In this document: positions 40,252 to 54,730 of the stretch, in pieces
Layout of the letters: each line of letters begins with the position of its first letter
Numbering within the stretch: position 1 is the stretch's first letter
Assembly: GCF_009914755.1 (NCBI RefSeq)
Contig: NC_060928.1
Strand: one strand, 5' to 3'
Length of the DNA stretch: 64,000 nucleotides
Origin: the human T2T-CHM13v2.0 reference genome, Homo sapiens
The notes under the pieces: model-generated
The model's input: the letters and a program-made list of their open reading frames with translations, nothing else
Told to the model about the DNA's origin: nothing
Databases searched by the model: none
Program-made: the position numbers and the translations under genes

Positions 40252-43200
40252 TCATTGATTTTAAATAACATAAACAAATATATGCCGTATATTTCTTAGG
40301 TTGTTAAGTGTAACATATTTTGAGATAACTATTAATTTCTTTGTTAACAGCTTTTGAATCTTGTTTGCTTGCCTCCATTAAGAAAATGACACAGTCTTCT
40401 TTTTCCTCATGACTCACCAGGCCAGAGACAGCCTCCCAGATTACAACTAGCTCAGTGGTATTAGGAGCAGTATGGATTGTGTATGAAACAAAGTCCAACT
40501 TTTATTTACTCAATGACTAAGTAATTTGGGACAAGTCACTAGATACAGCTGGACCTCCTTATTCTCAATTATAAAAATAAGCAAGCCGTTCCACAGTTCT
40601 ATTATTTTAAATGACATCTGCTATGATATACTTTGCTTAGTATCCAAGAGGCTGGAAATATTTAATTTATTTTAGTTTGACCACTAAGAAATTTGTTCTC
40701 TGGATCTCATAAAGACATGGAAACATTTTACAGGTGAATATGTGTAAATATTATAGTAAAATTAATTTGAATACTCATGGGGCTTGTCATACTTAATCAA
40801 GTTATAAGATTATTTTCCTTCTTTACACAATAAAATTATTTCTTTGGTTTCAATTTTTTGTATACTCTTGTGATCTCAAAGGTGTTCCTTTTATTCTCTT
40901 TCTTTTATTTAACCAGAAATATCTTTTATTTTGAATGCTATTTTGTCATAATTCATGCATGATTGTGCTTACTTTAAATGGGACATGATTATTTCTGCTG
41001 TCTAGGATACATGACCAAAATATTAAAAAACAGATAATTGCAGATTATGGCCAACATGGCTACACAATGTCTTAGAAAAGTTAGTTTTGCCTTTCTTTGT
41101 GAAATATATTGCATGAAACACTGATGTTATCATTTTGATGGATTCTCCCCAAAATTGATGGCCTGGTTTTTACAAGTCAAAGCATCTACATATTTTAAAG
41201 TGTTAAAGAAAATTAAATGAACAGTTAAATTAGAAATGGAGGATGAGCTATAACTTCTCTTCCTAGAAGGGAGGACATTATGAGCAACATGCACATAGGG
41301 AGTGATTTTTCTGGCAATAAAGTTTGGAAAATAGCAACCAAAACAGAACAAAACTATTCATGTTGTCATTCAGTACGTAGAGAACAAAAAGTTTCCACTA
41401 TACAAGAACCTATACTACTATATATTTGCAATGATGCTTTAATGCAGGGGAAAACAGCTGTTTATCTGTTTTTCTTTTGGTTTTATTTTCTTTTTACCTT
41501 GCCATCCTGTCAGTACGTGGCTTCATAAAGCTGTAGGATTCTGATAGGGAAACTACCGATTCCATGTGCTTTGGAAGCCAATGTGCTGATTATCTAGCTT
41601 GATAGCAGTATTTTATTATAGCTGGAGGGAAAGTGTGGCTATGTTTGTGAGAGGCAGGAAGGCAAATGCCACCAATAACGTGTCCAGAAGTGAGCTATCC
41701 CCTGTGTTTTATGCACTTCATTCTACTGAATGAATATTGTATCACTGTTTTCATTTTTTTGTTTGAATATCAGAGACTTTTCCAATGGTTCTGTTTCTGT
41801 CGAACACTTGATGGAAAGCCCTGTTGTAAAGCTTCCTTCATGGAGATGGCTTTATGTCTTGGCTATAAAGTAAAGTTCCATAAATTTGATCAGAAATTGT
41901 CTTTATGGGTTGCCACCCTGTGTGCTATTAAAAGCTCAGAACCTGGGTGTTAGTTTTCACTCAGAGCTGTGCTTGCCTTTTGTATTTGGCAAGTGCAGCT
42001 CTGAGTTAAAACAAACACTTTCCTTTATTTTACCACTTTCTTCCTACAGAACATCTCTCCCACCAGCCTCCCTTTTGGGGCTCAATAGTCTTGTTCAACC
42101 CATCTTTACTGTACACTAGAGCCAAGTTCTTTGGGTGTTTTCCTAGGATATTTGCAACATCAAGGTCAAAATGTTCTTTATATTCAACAATTCACCTCTT
42201 TCATTACCCTAGGTAGAGCTCCTCAGAAGTACTTCCCACCAAGGAGTCCTCAATAAATATTAATTATACATTTTGGAGAGATTTGTATTGCAATGAACAT
42301 GCTTCAGTGCCAGTTCTTCCTTACTAAAACTTTTTGTTCTCCACTTACATTTTGTGGCCATGTCATCCTGGCTTTGTATCCTTACCTGCTGACGTCTATA
42401 TATTCAGCCCAGCCAATATGCATTTATATTCTCTCTGTAGTTCTGAGACTCATTAATGGTCCTCTTTTACCTTAATTGAGTACAGTCTGAGAGAGTGCCT
42501 GTCTTCCATTATTGTACATTTTTCTTCTCACAGAACACCTTTTGATTCTTGCTCTGATCTCTTATATAAGATGCGCTGTGAAACATAATTTCCTTCCTTC
42601 CTCTTTTTTTTCTAATAAGTTGGCATGTTTAATTAACCTGTGTAAAAAAAAAAAAAGAGAGAAGACTTTTTTAAAGGGTAATAGAAGTCATAGTAATATT
42701 TTGCTTTGCCTGAAAACAGCTTTCTCAGTGTCCAAAGGGATTCTAAACTATACATGTATTTCTTCACATGCATTATTTATTTAAAAATAAATAAATAAAA
42801 GGGTAAGTGGCAGTCCAGACAGGCTGCTTCACTGTGTCTTGATGCCTCATGATAGCACAGGTTCTAGAATGCCATGAGTGGGAAAACAATTTCTTTCATC
42901 TTTTCTGATAATGTTGTTTGCATGATGTAAATATTCAGTTCTAGCATGACAGTGGGTACCTGAGGGAATTTAAAGTGAAATAACAGGATTGTTAACAAAT
43001 TTTCATTCCCATATAATTTATGTTTCATATATTTCTACTGGAAAACTAAGAAAAAATTTTTTCCCAAAGGCAATTATTTTGCAAGGCCTTTTTACCCTAT
43101 TATAAGACTTTCTTTTCAGTTAATAACCCAAAGTGTCTCTTCAGATGCTTAAGTCAAGTCGTTAATTGGCTTGACTAAGTGGTTGTTGGTGCAGAAAGCT

Positions 43201-43467
43201 TATTCTCTCCGTTGGTTGTATATAACTCACAGACATTAAATGACCCACTTTGTTGTTCCTAAGGCAAAGAATCATTATTTTCTTTCGGCAGTATACTGTG
43301 GACTTTTAATTCACAAACTTATAGCTCAGGTTGAAGTAATTTCTGCTGAGAAGTGATTTTTCTAAACAATTGTTTAATGGTTTTGATTTGGAGTAAACAT
43401 TAGATGCAACTTTTGAGCTAGTATACTCTACTGTAGAGATCATTAATGTAACCTTTTGTTTTTGTAG

Positions 43468-43543
43468 CGTGCCTGTCTCCCTTCAAAAATTGTTTATTCT
43501 AAACTGTGATCTTTTTTCTAAAGATTTGTTTAAAGTTAACAAG
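43468..43543 (+). other. Candidate 76-nt exon or pseudo-exon
   Basis: Acceptor taaccttttgtttttgtag and consensus donor AAG|gtaagt. One open frame (VPVSLQKLFILNCDLFSKDLFKVNK). Length is not a multiple of 3. Confidence 0.3.
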
Positions 43544-44066
43544 GTAAGTATAACCATTAAGTTCACATATAAATGATTAATACACAAATATTCAGCTTTG
43601 TTCTCTGCATAAATATCTACCTCTCCTTAAATTAAAATTTGTAATTGTTGAAAGAAAATTTGAATAGTAGGAAAATTTTACTTAATGATGTCTAACTGTG
43701 AATTTGCTTTGCTGAGTGGGAAATAGTGATCATTGAATCTCATAAATAACTTTACCTAGAGTTACATAAACCTTTTGACCAAAATTATTTAAAGAATAAA
43801 GTACTAGCTAGAATATATCTGTCAGAAAGTCACTACTACTTACTTCTGCATGTCCATAACACACATAAGTAATATATACAGTCACATTAAAAAATGTGCC
43901 AACTCTATAAGAACGGAGACTTTTTTCTCTTTAGTTCTCTCAGTGGCACATGAACACATGTACATACATGTGTACACATACACACACAATGGAAAGCCAA
44001 CACTGAAACCTTCTCTGGGGAGTTGGGGAACGATGAGAGACAATGTGGTATAATAAAAACAATAGG

Positions 44067-44328
44067 GGGAGGCCGAGGCGGGTGGTTCACGAGGTCAGGA
44101 GTTGGAGACCGTCCTGGCTAACACAGTGAAACCCGGTCTCTACTAAAAATACAAAAAAAATTAGCCGGGTGTGGTGGCGGGCGCCTGTAGTCCCAGCTAC
44201 TTGGAAGGCCCGGGAATGGCATGAACCCGGGAGGCAGAGTCTGCAGTGAGCCGAGATCACGCCACTGCACTCCAACCTGGGCGACAAAGCGAGATTCCAT
44301 CTCAAAAGAAAAAACAAACAAACAAACA
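44067..44328 (+). mobile_element. 5'-truncated AluY
   Basis: cctggctaacacagtg, gaatggcatgaacccgggagg, (CAAA)n tail. Confidence 0.9.
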
Positions 44329-44340
44329 AAAAACAATAGG

Positions 44341-45036
<696 letters not shown>

Positions 45037-47366
45037 TCACTTTTATCTTGTCCATATATTAGGAAAACATTCTCAAGTGTAATTTCACATTATTATTAGA
45101 ATAACAGTTATTTGAAGATGGAGATGATGTTAAAGATACAGAAAAGAGCTTTAGGTCGGGGAGAGAGCAGTACAGATGTTCTGGGGAAAAATGGCATTGC
45201 TCACATCTACTTTTATCTACAGCAAGGATTCTAAAGGGATTTATAACCCAAACATATTGCGAATGGATTTGTAGAGAGATTAATAACTAGCTTTAGTAGA
45301 CAGGCTGAAATGTAGACACAATATGAATACTTGATACATAGCAGGGTTTTCTTCGCCAAAAATACACTTATGGAAGCAACAGTAACAGAGAGTGCTACAA
45401 TGCAGGTGAAAGACCCTGTTGGGGATATGTGTTGGAGAAGCTGGGAGATTTCATGCTATGACCTCAACTAATTACGACCCAGCCTGTACCCAGACAGCTA
45501 AAAATTAACACAGAAGTTTAGCATGTAATCAACTATAAATTCTCACTCTTCAGTACTCAGTAGTCTTTTTTTTCTGTTAAAAGATTGACCACTGATGACC
45601 AGGAATTGTAAATGAATTTATTCAAGTAGAAGGGCTATTTATCAGATTAGGATCTTAGTTTATCTAATAGGTAAACGACTGGTCTGAGTTTTTATACTAG
45701 CTGATGTTAAAAAGTGATGTGTAAATTTTTTTTCTCTTCAGTTATGTATTTAATTACTGACTAATCCCTGTCAAGTATAATTGTTAGGCAGCATCACTGT
45801 CTAAGAATCTAAAGTGATATCCCATTGCCGAGCAAATCATATCAGATTCCTCCGTTTGGCTTTGAAGGACACATGCAATCTGGCTTCAACCTGCCTATCC
45901 ACATGTATTTCCTTTGACTTCCTTCAATACTTTTCATTCAGTGGCACCTCTTAGGTTTTCTCATACTTGCTATTATTATTTATGCTAGGTCTATATTAGC
46001 TTGGAATATCCTCCTTCTTTCTATTCAAACTTTATCCACTCTTCAAAACTAACCTCAATTACCACCCATTCCAAGGCCTTCTCCATTTGCAGCAGTGTTG
46101 ATTCAGTATTATTTATTATTTATTTTTTCATTTATTCACAATAACTCAACAAATATTGAGTGTCTTCTATGTTACAGATGCTGTCCTCACCTAAACATGA
46201 ATTTTTATTGCATGTAGAGTCATAACCAAGTAGTATACTGAGTTTGTAGTTTAATATTTATTGTATCTCCTCTATAAAACTGAGCTTACAGTGGCAGTGA
46301 TTATGTCTTTTTTTTTTTTCTTTAACAAAGAGGTCATGAAATAGTGTAAGTCAAAACCAAGTAGGGAATTACAAGGCTGATTTGTATTTCCTCTTGGCTA
46401 CTACTTAGTCATTCGATGATTCAAATCAATGGACATTTATTAAACTTCTGTCATGTACGTTGCGATGTTATACACTATAGGAGATACATAGACAATCACT
46501 TAATAGAGTCAGTATTCCAAAAGAGAGAGTCTCTATTTGAGGTCCTAGGACCCCCCTAGAGAATTCAATGTTTTAACTTCAGAGGATTTTATCTAAAGTT
46601 TGGATATGTGCTTATATGCATTTTTCTGAGGAGAGGGTGCATAGTTTTTAGATGTTAAAGATGTAATTGATAATTTTTTGAAAAGGTTGAAAAGCTCATG
46701 ATCTCAGTATGTATGAAACAAGTACACAACTAAAGAACAAGAGTCATAAAAGAGCAACAAACCCTAAGCTGTGTTTAGAAAGAGGTAAAATGATATCTGA
46801 CTGTGGTCATTTAAGGAAAAACTTCCTGAAAGAGATGACTTTTGGAATATATGCCATGCATTTTTTGGCCTCAGCTCCCTCATGGAAAAAAAGGTAGATT
46901 ATAAAATCTCTGCTATTTTTTCCGAGATACAAATTTATTTCTTGATTCAATCACCAAGTGCTCTTCAGAATGCCAGTGACATCATAGGTACTCAGAAAAC
47001 ATCTGTTAATTGGTAAATCTGAAATTAAACTTCAGAAATTTATAGCTACAAATATATCTATTGAGTTGAAATTTTAGAATATTATTGCATTAGCTTCCTA
47101 ATGTTCCATGAATGAAAAGATTTATCAGATGTTTATATACCATTAATCACAATCTTCCACTTGGCAGATCAGAATGTTTAATTCATTATTTCTCCTTCAT
47201 TTCTTCATAACATTTAAAAATATCTTTGTATTTTGTTATTCTTACTGTTACAGCCATTGGGGTCGCCTCATTAGTCTTTATGATTTGTAGGGGCAGGAAC
47301 TCTCTTAAACCTGTTTGATATTATTTAGAACCTAGCACATCCCCCTAATCAAAAAGGGGCACAGTA

Positions 47367-47697
<331 letters not shown>

Positions 47698-47784
47698 GGT
47701 GGGAGGGACACAGTAAATATTGAATCATAAATGAAAGGCTGCATATCAAGGTGCATCAAAATAATAAATTTCCTATTTCATTAT

Positions 47785-47995
47785 CGTCCAGAATTTAAAG
47801 AGCATGAGCCCAGAAGTGAGACCACATGTTCAAATCCTGACACTGCCTACTCCTCTGTGAGTCACCTTTGACGAGTTCCTTAAATTCGTCATTCTCAGCT
47901 TTCTTGTCTGTGGAGTGTGGTAATGACAGTGCCTACCTCATACGGTTATTGTGAGCGTCAAATTTAGTGCTTGGCAAAGTGCCTAACACATCATA
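47785..47995 (+). mobile_element. MIR
   Basis: gttcaaatcctgacactgcc...ctgtgagtcacctttgacgagttccttaa...cagtgcctacctcatacggttattgtgag. Confidence 0.75.
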
Positions 47996-48400
47996 GGCAA
48001 GAGAGAATCCAGGTTCGTAGGGCCTCAAGCTTTTACAGTGTCTGAGCTCTCTTTAAGAAAATGAATTTCAAACTATGAATTCAAAATTAGCTAATTAGAA
48101 CATTTTAAAGGTATGTCTGTAGAGTGGGAAATTATAGGCAACAAAGGTCTGAAAAATACCCCAGTTATCATCAAATATTATTGTTACTAGTAATTTCCTG
48201 GTTCATTATAATACTTTATTTTCTACACATTTTTAGATGCATACACTCAGATTTCCTTTTTCAAATAATAATTTTAAATATTTTCTATAAAGAGAATAGA
48301 AAGAAAATTCATTCTTTAGCAAAGGGGATTGAAATTTATTAATTTTTTATTGTTGCTGGTTTAGGAAGTATTTATTTACTTAATTCATAACATATTACTG
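47996..48400 (+). mobile_element. hAT-Tip100-like DNA transposon remnant
   Basis: atccaggttcgtagggcctcaagctttta...ctctttaagaaaatgaat...aattag resembles a Tip100-family terminus as I recall it. Confidence 0.4.
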
Positions 48401-49271
48401 GAAATGCCACATTCTGACTTCCTCCCTGGCTTTTTGCCCAGGAAGTTCATTGTTTGGAAGGAAGCCTTAGAGAAGTTCAGGTTTTGGGTCTCACTTGGCA
48501 TGGTCTCAGACAGGCCAGTGCCTTGGCAGTGGCTCCATCCTGGCAGCCTCCTCTTGATTCCCCATCTTCATCCTTGTAAGCAGGGCAGGTCTTTCTGTGA
48601 GAGATGAGGGGAGGAAGTAGAAAGTAGCCAAGAGCCTGGGAGATAGTGGTGACAAAGCTTTGCTTTTACATTATTAGGGTCACAGGTAAGGTCCAAAATC
48701 TCCCTGAAGTCCACTGGGGTTAGGTTGTCATTGAAGTGTAGATAGATTTAAGGAAATGCTGGCAGCCTGCCTGCTGACAGCATCTGCTGCAAACTCAGGA
48801 TGATTTTTAGGAGGTAGAAGGTGAGGACAGGCTAGGACCACTCTCCACACCTCCACTAAAGGCCTGAGGCTATTACTTCCTCAATATAGGCAGTGCAGGT
48901 GAGGAGCTCTGAAGCCTCAACTCCATTAATTCCATGGTAAAGCTGCTTCTGACTTGTAAGTGCTCAGTAAATTAGCACTTACCCGAATTGTTTTACTCTT
49001 TCATTGGCAAATTATTTTTCATTAAAACCCTAGGAATTTTGCAGTGAATGCCTTTTTAAATTTTATTTTATTTTTAAAAAATTTTTGCAATAATTGTGTT
49101 TCTCCTCTTTATTCCAAACAGGACAGAATTCTAAATAACCCAGCCTTTTACTAAAGTGAATTTGAAATGAGTTGTGATAGAGCAAGTTTGTTTAATACCT
49201 CATGATCATGTTAAGATCTAATCATATTGAGAAAAAAATGCCATATTCATTTCATTCTTAAATATCATTTC

Positions 49272-49689
49272 TAGTGGATACCGTTCTGTGTCCCTAGATC
49301 CTTTCAGAGATGAAGAATTTGTTATCCCAGTTGTTGGGAGTGCTGCTTGCTACTTGTCAAGACGACAGTTCTCTCTGGGACAAGTTCTTTTTGTGCAAGA
49401 TCACAGCCACTCCCTAAGGGCAGCTTACACCCAGCGTTTCTTTAATAGGAGTGGAGTAGGGTTGTTTACAAAGGCCCTGGTCTAGTGCACCCCCTGAAGG
49501 ATCATCCTAGCTTCAGAGTTCCACAAAGTCTGCCTAGTGACAGAATAGTGACCTTACTTCTCCACCCTCTGACCAATTTACGTATCCTCCCTTCCCTGAC
49601 ATGTAGTGACCCTGAAAACTTTTTCCAGTATACCTTGTGTACATAAACCAGTCTCAGAGTCTCATTCTTAGAGACCACTACCTGAAGCA
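49272..49689 (+). mobile_element. LTR16-family solo LTR
   Basis: cccagttgttgggagtgctg...catcctagcttcagagttcc...tcctcccttccctgaca...gtctcagagtctc...acctgaagca. Confidence 0.65.
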
Positions 49690-50196
49690 TTTTCAAAATT
49701 TTCAAGAGGCAATAATGTGTTAAATAACAGCTTCTCTGGGGATGAGGGAGGAGATCGCTTTAAAAACGTGATCCAATTCCAGAAATGTTCAAGTTGAAAA
49801 AAATCTTACATTCAAGAAAGTGTGCTATCAGAGTATACAAGAGTGCTATAATTGCTGTATGTTAGCTGTGACCAATAACCTGAAGCAATTAGAAGCCTTT
49901 CACTGAAGCCACTATCTATAGAAAGGTTAAAGATTGTTGTTCTTTCCTTTTCTCAGTGGAATTTTCTCTTTATATGCTCTTTTGGCTTGATCTCTTTGGA
50001 ACTCATGGTTTTAGACCATTGCATTATATATCTCTAGTTCTGCCATCTCTTGAGCTTCTAATTTACATATTCATCTGTCTGCCAGAGTCCTTTTGTTGAT
50101 ATCCCACCAGCCTCCCAAACTTAACATGTACAACACTGAGTTAACTTTCCCTCAGATCAGTCCTGTCTTGTTTACAGTTTCAACTAGTGGCCCCAC

Positions 50197-51778
50197 TGTG
50201 TCCGGAATTGATGGGTTCTTGGTCTCACTGACTTCAAGAATGAAGCCGCGGACCCTCGCGGTGAGTGTTACAGCTCTTAAGGTGGCGCATCTGGAGTTTG
50301 TTCCTTCTGATGTTCGGATGTGTTCGGAGTTTCTTCCTTCTGGTGGGTTCGTGGTCTCGCTGGCTCAGGAGTGAAGCTACAGACCTTCGCGGTGAGTGTT
50401 ACAGCTCTTAAGGTGGCGCATCTGGAGTTGTTCGTTCCTCCCGGTGGGCTCATGGGCTCACTGGCTTCAGGAGTGAAGCTGCAGACCTTCGCGGTGAGTG
50501 TTACAGCTCATAAAAGCAGTGTGGACCCAAAGAGTGAGCAGTAACAAGATTAATTGCAAAGAGCAAAAGAACAAAGCTTCCACAGTGTGGAAGGGGACCT
50601 GAGCAGGTTGCCACTGCTGGCTCCGGCAGCCTGCTTTTATTCTCTTATCTGGCCCCACCCACATCCTGCTGATTGGTAGAGCTGAGTGGTCTGTTTTGAC
50701 AGGGCGCTGATTGGTGCGTTTACAATCCCTGAGCTAGAGACAAAGGTTCTCCACGTCCCCACCAGATTAGCTAGATGCAGTGTCCACACAAAGGTTCTCC
50801 AAGGCCCCACCAGAATAGCTAGATACAGTGTTGATTGGTGCATTCACAAACCCTGAGCTAGGCACAGGGTGCTGATTGGTGTATTTACAAACCTTGAGCT
50901 AGATACAGAGTGCCGATTGGTGTATTTACAATCCCTGAGCTAGACATAAAGGTTCTCCAAGGCCCCACCAGAGTAGCTAGATAGTGTCGATTGGTGCATT
51001 CACAAACACTGAGCTAGACACAGGGTGCTGATTGGTGTGTTTACAAACCTTGAGCTAGATACAGAGTGCCGATTGGTGTATTTACAATCCCTGAGCTAGA
51101 CATAAAGCTTCTCCAAGGCCCCACCAGACTCAGGAGCTCAGCTGGCTTCACCCAGTGGATCCCACACTGGGGCTGCAGGTGGAGCTGCCTGCCAGTCCTG
51201 CTCCGTGCGCCTACACTCCTCAGCCCTTGGGTGGTCGATGGGACTGGGCGCCGTGGAGCAGGGGGCGGTGCTCATCGGGGAGGCTCGGGCCTCACAGGAG
51301 CCCATGGAGGGGGTGGGAGGCTCAGGCATGGCAGGCTGCAGGTCCCGAGCCCTGCCCTGCAGGAAGGCAGCTAAGGCCCGGCGAGAAATCGAGCACAGCG
51401 CTGGTGGGCTGGCACTGCTGGGGGATCCAGTACACCCTCTGCAGCCGCTGGCCCCGGTGCTAAGTCCCTCATTGCCCGGGGCCAGCACGGCCAGCCGTCT
51501 GCTCCGACTGCGTGGCCCACCAAGCCCATGCCCACACGGAACTCCAGCTGGCCCGCAAGCGCCGCACGCAGGCCCGGTTCCCGCTCGCACCTCTCCCTCC
51601 ACACCTCCCTGCAAGCTGAGGGAGCTGGCTCTGGCCTTGGCCAGCGCAGAAAGGGGCTCCCACAGTGCATCGGTGGGCTGAAGGGCTCCTCAAGTGCCGC
51701 CAAAGTGGGAGCCCAGGCAGAGGAGTCGCCGAGAGCGAGCGAGGGCTGTGAGGACTGACAGCAGGCTGTCACCTCTCA
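50197..51778 (-). mobile_element. Full-length LTR12C (ERV9/HERV9) solo LTR, 1582 bp
   Basis: Termini tgtgtccggaattg...gctgtcacctctca and 4-bp TSD ccac (50193-50196 / 51779-51782). GC/CpG-rich U3, eight ATTGG repeats, three accytcgcggtgagtgttacagctc U5 repeats. Confidence 0.96.
50634..51076 (-). promoter_or_regulatory. LTR12 enhancer/promoter: NF-Y CCAAT array, GATA and AATAAAAG TATA-like box
   Basis: attgg at 50672, 50710, 50834, 50875, 50916, 50990, 51031, 51072. cttatct at 50644-50650, cttttatt at 50634-50641. Confidence 0.7.
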
Positions 51779-52373
51779 CCACTACCCTGACATTTCAAAT
51801 AATAAAACCTATTAGTCATCCTAGATTCTTTCTTCTCCCTTGTCCTGCATATCCAGACAGCCAACAAGACCTGATAATTTTCCTATGAAGTATTATTCCA
51901 ATCAGTTTCCTCTTTGCAACTCCTATTGCTACTTTCTCGATTTAGGTTCTTATGCGGACTACTACAATAATAATTGACTTGTTTTCCTACCCTAAGCCTT
52001 GCTTCCTTTAAGCCCTCTGCATAGTGGTCCAGATACTCTACATCAAATACAAATTCGATCATGCCATTACATGCATGAACACAATGAACAGCAACTTCTC
52101 CTGTCAAGAAAGACTCTCCATGACATACTCCTATTTTTTTCATTTTCCATATTACCGCCACTCCCTTTATCCAACTTTATGTGCTAGTAAAATTGAACTG
52201 CTTGGAGTTTACTGGTGTGCTTCATGTTTCATGCCTCTGTGCCATTGCCCATTATTTCCACTCTGCCAGGAAAGCGCTTTTCTTCTGTATTAGATTAACT
52301 TTAATCATTCCTTTAAGATGATTTATTTTTATCATCTCTAGGATGTTTCTTGCATCTAAAAATCCTATAATAC

Positions 52374-54730
52374 TGTATTAATCAATTTTCATACTGATAT
52401 AAAGATACTACCTGAGACTGGGTAATTTATAAACATAAGAGGTTTAGTTGACTTGCAGTTCTGGGGAAGCAGGCACCTTCTTCACAAAGTGGCAGGAGCG
52501 ATAGAACATGCAGGAGAAACTGCCAATTTTAAACCATCATATCTCATGAGAATTCCATCACTATCATGAGAACAGCATGGGGGAAATTGCCCCTATGATC
52601 CAATCACCTCACACCAGATTCCTCCCTCAACATGTGGGGATTACAATTCAAGATGAGATTTGAGTGGGGACACAAAGCCAAACATTATCATTCTGCCCAT
52701 AGCACTGCCCAAATCTCATGTCCTTTTCCATTTTGAAACCAATCACACCTTCCCAACACTCCCCCAATGTGTGAACTCATTCTGGAATTAACCCAAAAGT
52801 CCAAGTCCAAAGTCTCATCTGAGACAAGATAAGTCCCTTCTGCCTATGAGCCTGTAAAATCAAAAACAAGTTAGTTATTTCCAAGATAAAATGGGGGTTC
52901 AGGCATTGGGTAAATGTTCCCATTCCAAATGGGAGAATTTGGACAAAACGAAGGGGCCACAGGTTCCATGCAAGTCCAAAATCCAACAGGGCAATCATTA
53001 ACTCTTAAAGCTCCAAAATGATCTCCTTTGACTCCATGTCTCATATCCTGGGCAGGCTAATGCAAAGGGTGGGCTCCCAAGACCTTGGGCATCCCTACTG
53101 GGTCTGCAGCATACAGTCCCTTTAGCTGCTTTCATGGGCTGGCATTCAGTACCCATGGGTTTTCCAGGATCATATTGCAAGCTGTCAGTGGATCTATCTT
53201 TCTAGGTCTGGAGGTCAGTGGCTGTCTTCTGACAGCTCCATTAGGCAGTGCCTCAGTGAAGACTCTGTGTGGGGGCTCCAACCCCACAATTCCCCTCCAC
53301 CCTGCTCCAGCAGAGGTTCTCCAGGGGCTTTGCCCCTGCAGCAGACTTCTGTGTTGATGTCTAGGCATTTCCATACATCCTCTAAAATCTAGGCAGATGC
53401 TCCCAAAGCTCAATTCTTGTCTTCTGTGCACCTGCAGGCCAAACACCATGTGGAAACCACCAAGGCTTGGGACTTGCACCCTCTAAAGCACGGCCCAAGC
53501 TGTGCCTTGGTCCCTTTTAGCCACAGCTGGAGCTGGAGTGGCTGGAACACAGGGTGCCATGTCCCGAGGCTGCACAAAGGAGTTGGGCCCTGGGCCTGGC
53601 CCACAAAACTGTTTTTATTTTCCTAGGCCTCCAGGCCTGTAATGGGTGTGGCTGCCTTGAAGATCTCTGAAATGCCTGGAGACATTTCCTGCATTGTCTT
53701 GGCAATTAACTTTTGGCTGTTTGTTACTTAGGCAAATTTCTGCAGGCTTGAATTTCTCCACAGAAAGTGGGTTTTTCTTTTCTACCAAATGGTCAGGCTG
53801 CAGATTTTCCAAACTTTTATGCTTTGTTTCCCCTTTAAACATAAGTTCAATTTCAAACTATCTCTGTGAGAGCACATAAATACACTTTCAGGAAAAGCCA
53901 GGTCACCTCTTAATGCTTTGCTGTTTAGAAATTTCTTCTGCCGGATACCCTAAATCAACTCTCTCAAGTTCAAAGTTGCACAGATCTTTAGGTCCGGGGA
54001 AAAATGCCACCAGTGTCTAAAGTGACCTTTACTCCAGTTCCCAACAAGTTCTTCATCTCCATCGAAGATCATCTCAGCTTGGACTTCATTGTCCATATCA
54101 CTATCAGCATTTTGGTCAAAATTATACAACAAGTCTCTAGGAAGTTCCAAACTTTTTCACATCTGCCTGTCTTCTTCTGAGCCTCCAAACTGTTCCAACG
54201 TCTGCCTATTACCCAGTTCAAAAGTCACTTCCACATTTTCAAATTATCTTTGTAGCAGTACCCCCATCTGCCAATTATCTGTATTAGTCCATTTTCACAC
54301 TTCTACAAAGGTACTACCTGAGCGCCACTGCACTTCAGCCTCAGCCAGGGGAACAGAGCAAGACTCCGTCTCAAAAAAAAAAAAAAAAAAAAAAAAAAGA
54401 TACTACCTGTGGCTGGGTAGTTTATAAATCAAAGAGGTTTAACTGACTCACATTTCTACGTGGCTGGGGAGGCCTCAGGAAACTTACAATCATGGCAGAA
54501 GGCAAAGGGGAAGCAGGCACCCTCTTCGCAAGGTGGCAATAGAGACAATGCAGGAGAAACTGCCACTTTTAAACTATCAGATCTTGTGAGAGCTCCCTCA
54601 CTATCCCGAGAACAGCATGAGGGATACTGCCTTCATGGTCCAATCACCCCCCACTGGGTCCCTCCCTCGACACATGGGCATTACAGTTCGAGATGAAATT
54701 TGGGTGGGAACACAGAGCCAAATCATATCA
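52374..54730 (-). mobile_element. Two-LTR THE1D/MST-like MaLR element (3'LTR 52374-52690, internal 52691-54279, 5'LTR 54280-54730)
   Basis: Two homologous LTRs (tgtatta...atatca/ttatca) around THE1-int sequence. Perfect 5-bp TSD aatac (52369-52373 / 54731-54735). Confidence 0.93.
54323..54398 (+). mobile_element. Severely 5'-truncated Alu (50 nt plus A26) in the THE1 5'LTR
   Basis: cgccactgcacttcagcc...gagcaagactccgtctc plus polyA. 16-bp TSD aaaggtactacctgag / aaagatactacctgtg. Confidence 0.9.

Noticed and set aside
41440-41900. Unique-looking segment with acceptor-like tracts
   Set aside because: No convincing donor pairing or recognisable peptide. It could be conserved non-coding DNA, but that cannot be shown from the sequence alone.
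50250-51120. Regularly spaced repeats superficially resembling an array
   Set aside because: These are the known internal U5 and U3 tandem repeats of LTR12.
51066-51888. Cluster of overlapping 60-158 aa ORFs on both strands
   Set aside because: They lie in the GC-rich U3 of LTR12C, where stop codons are scarce. They are not genes.
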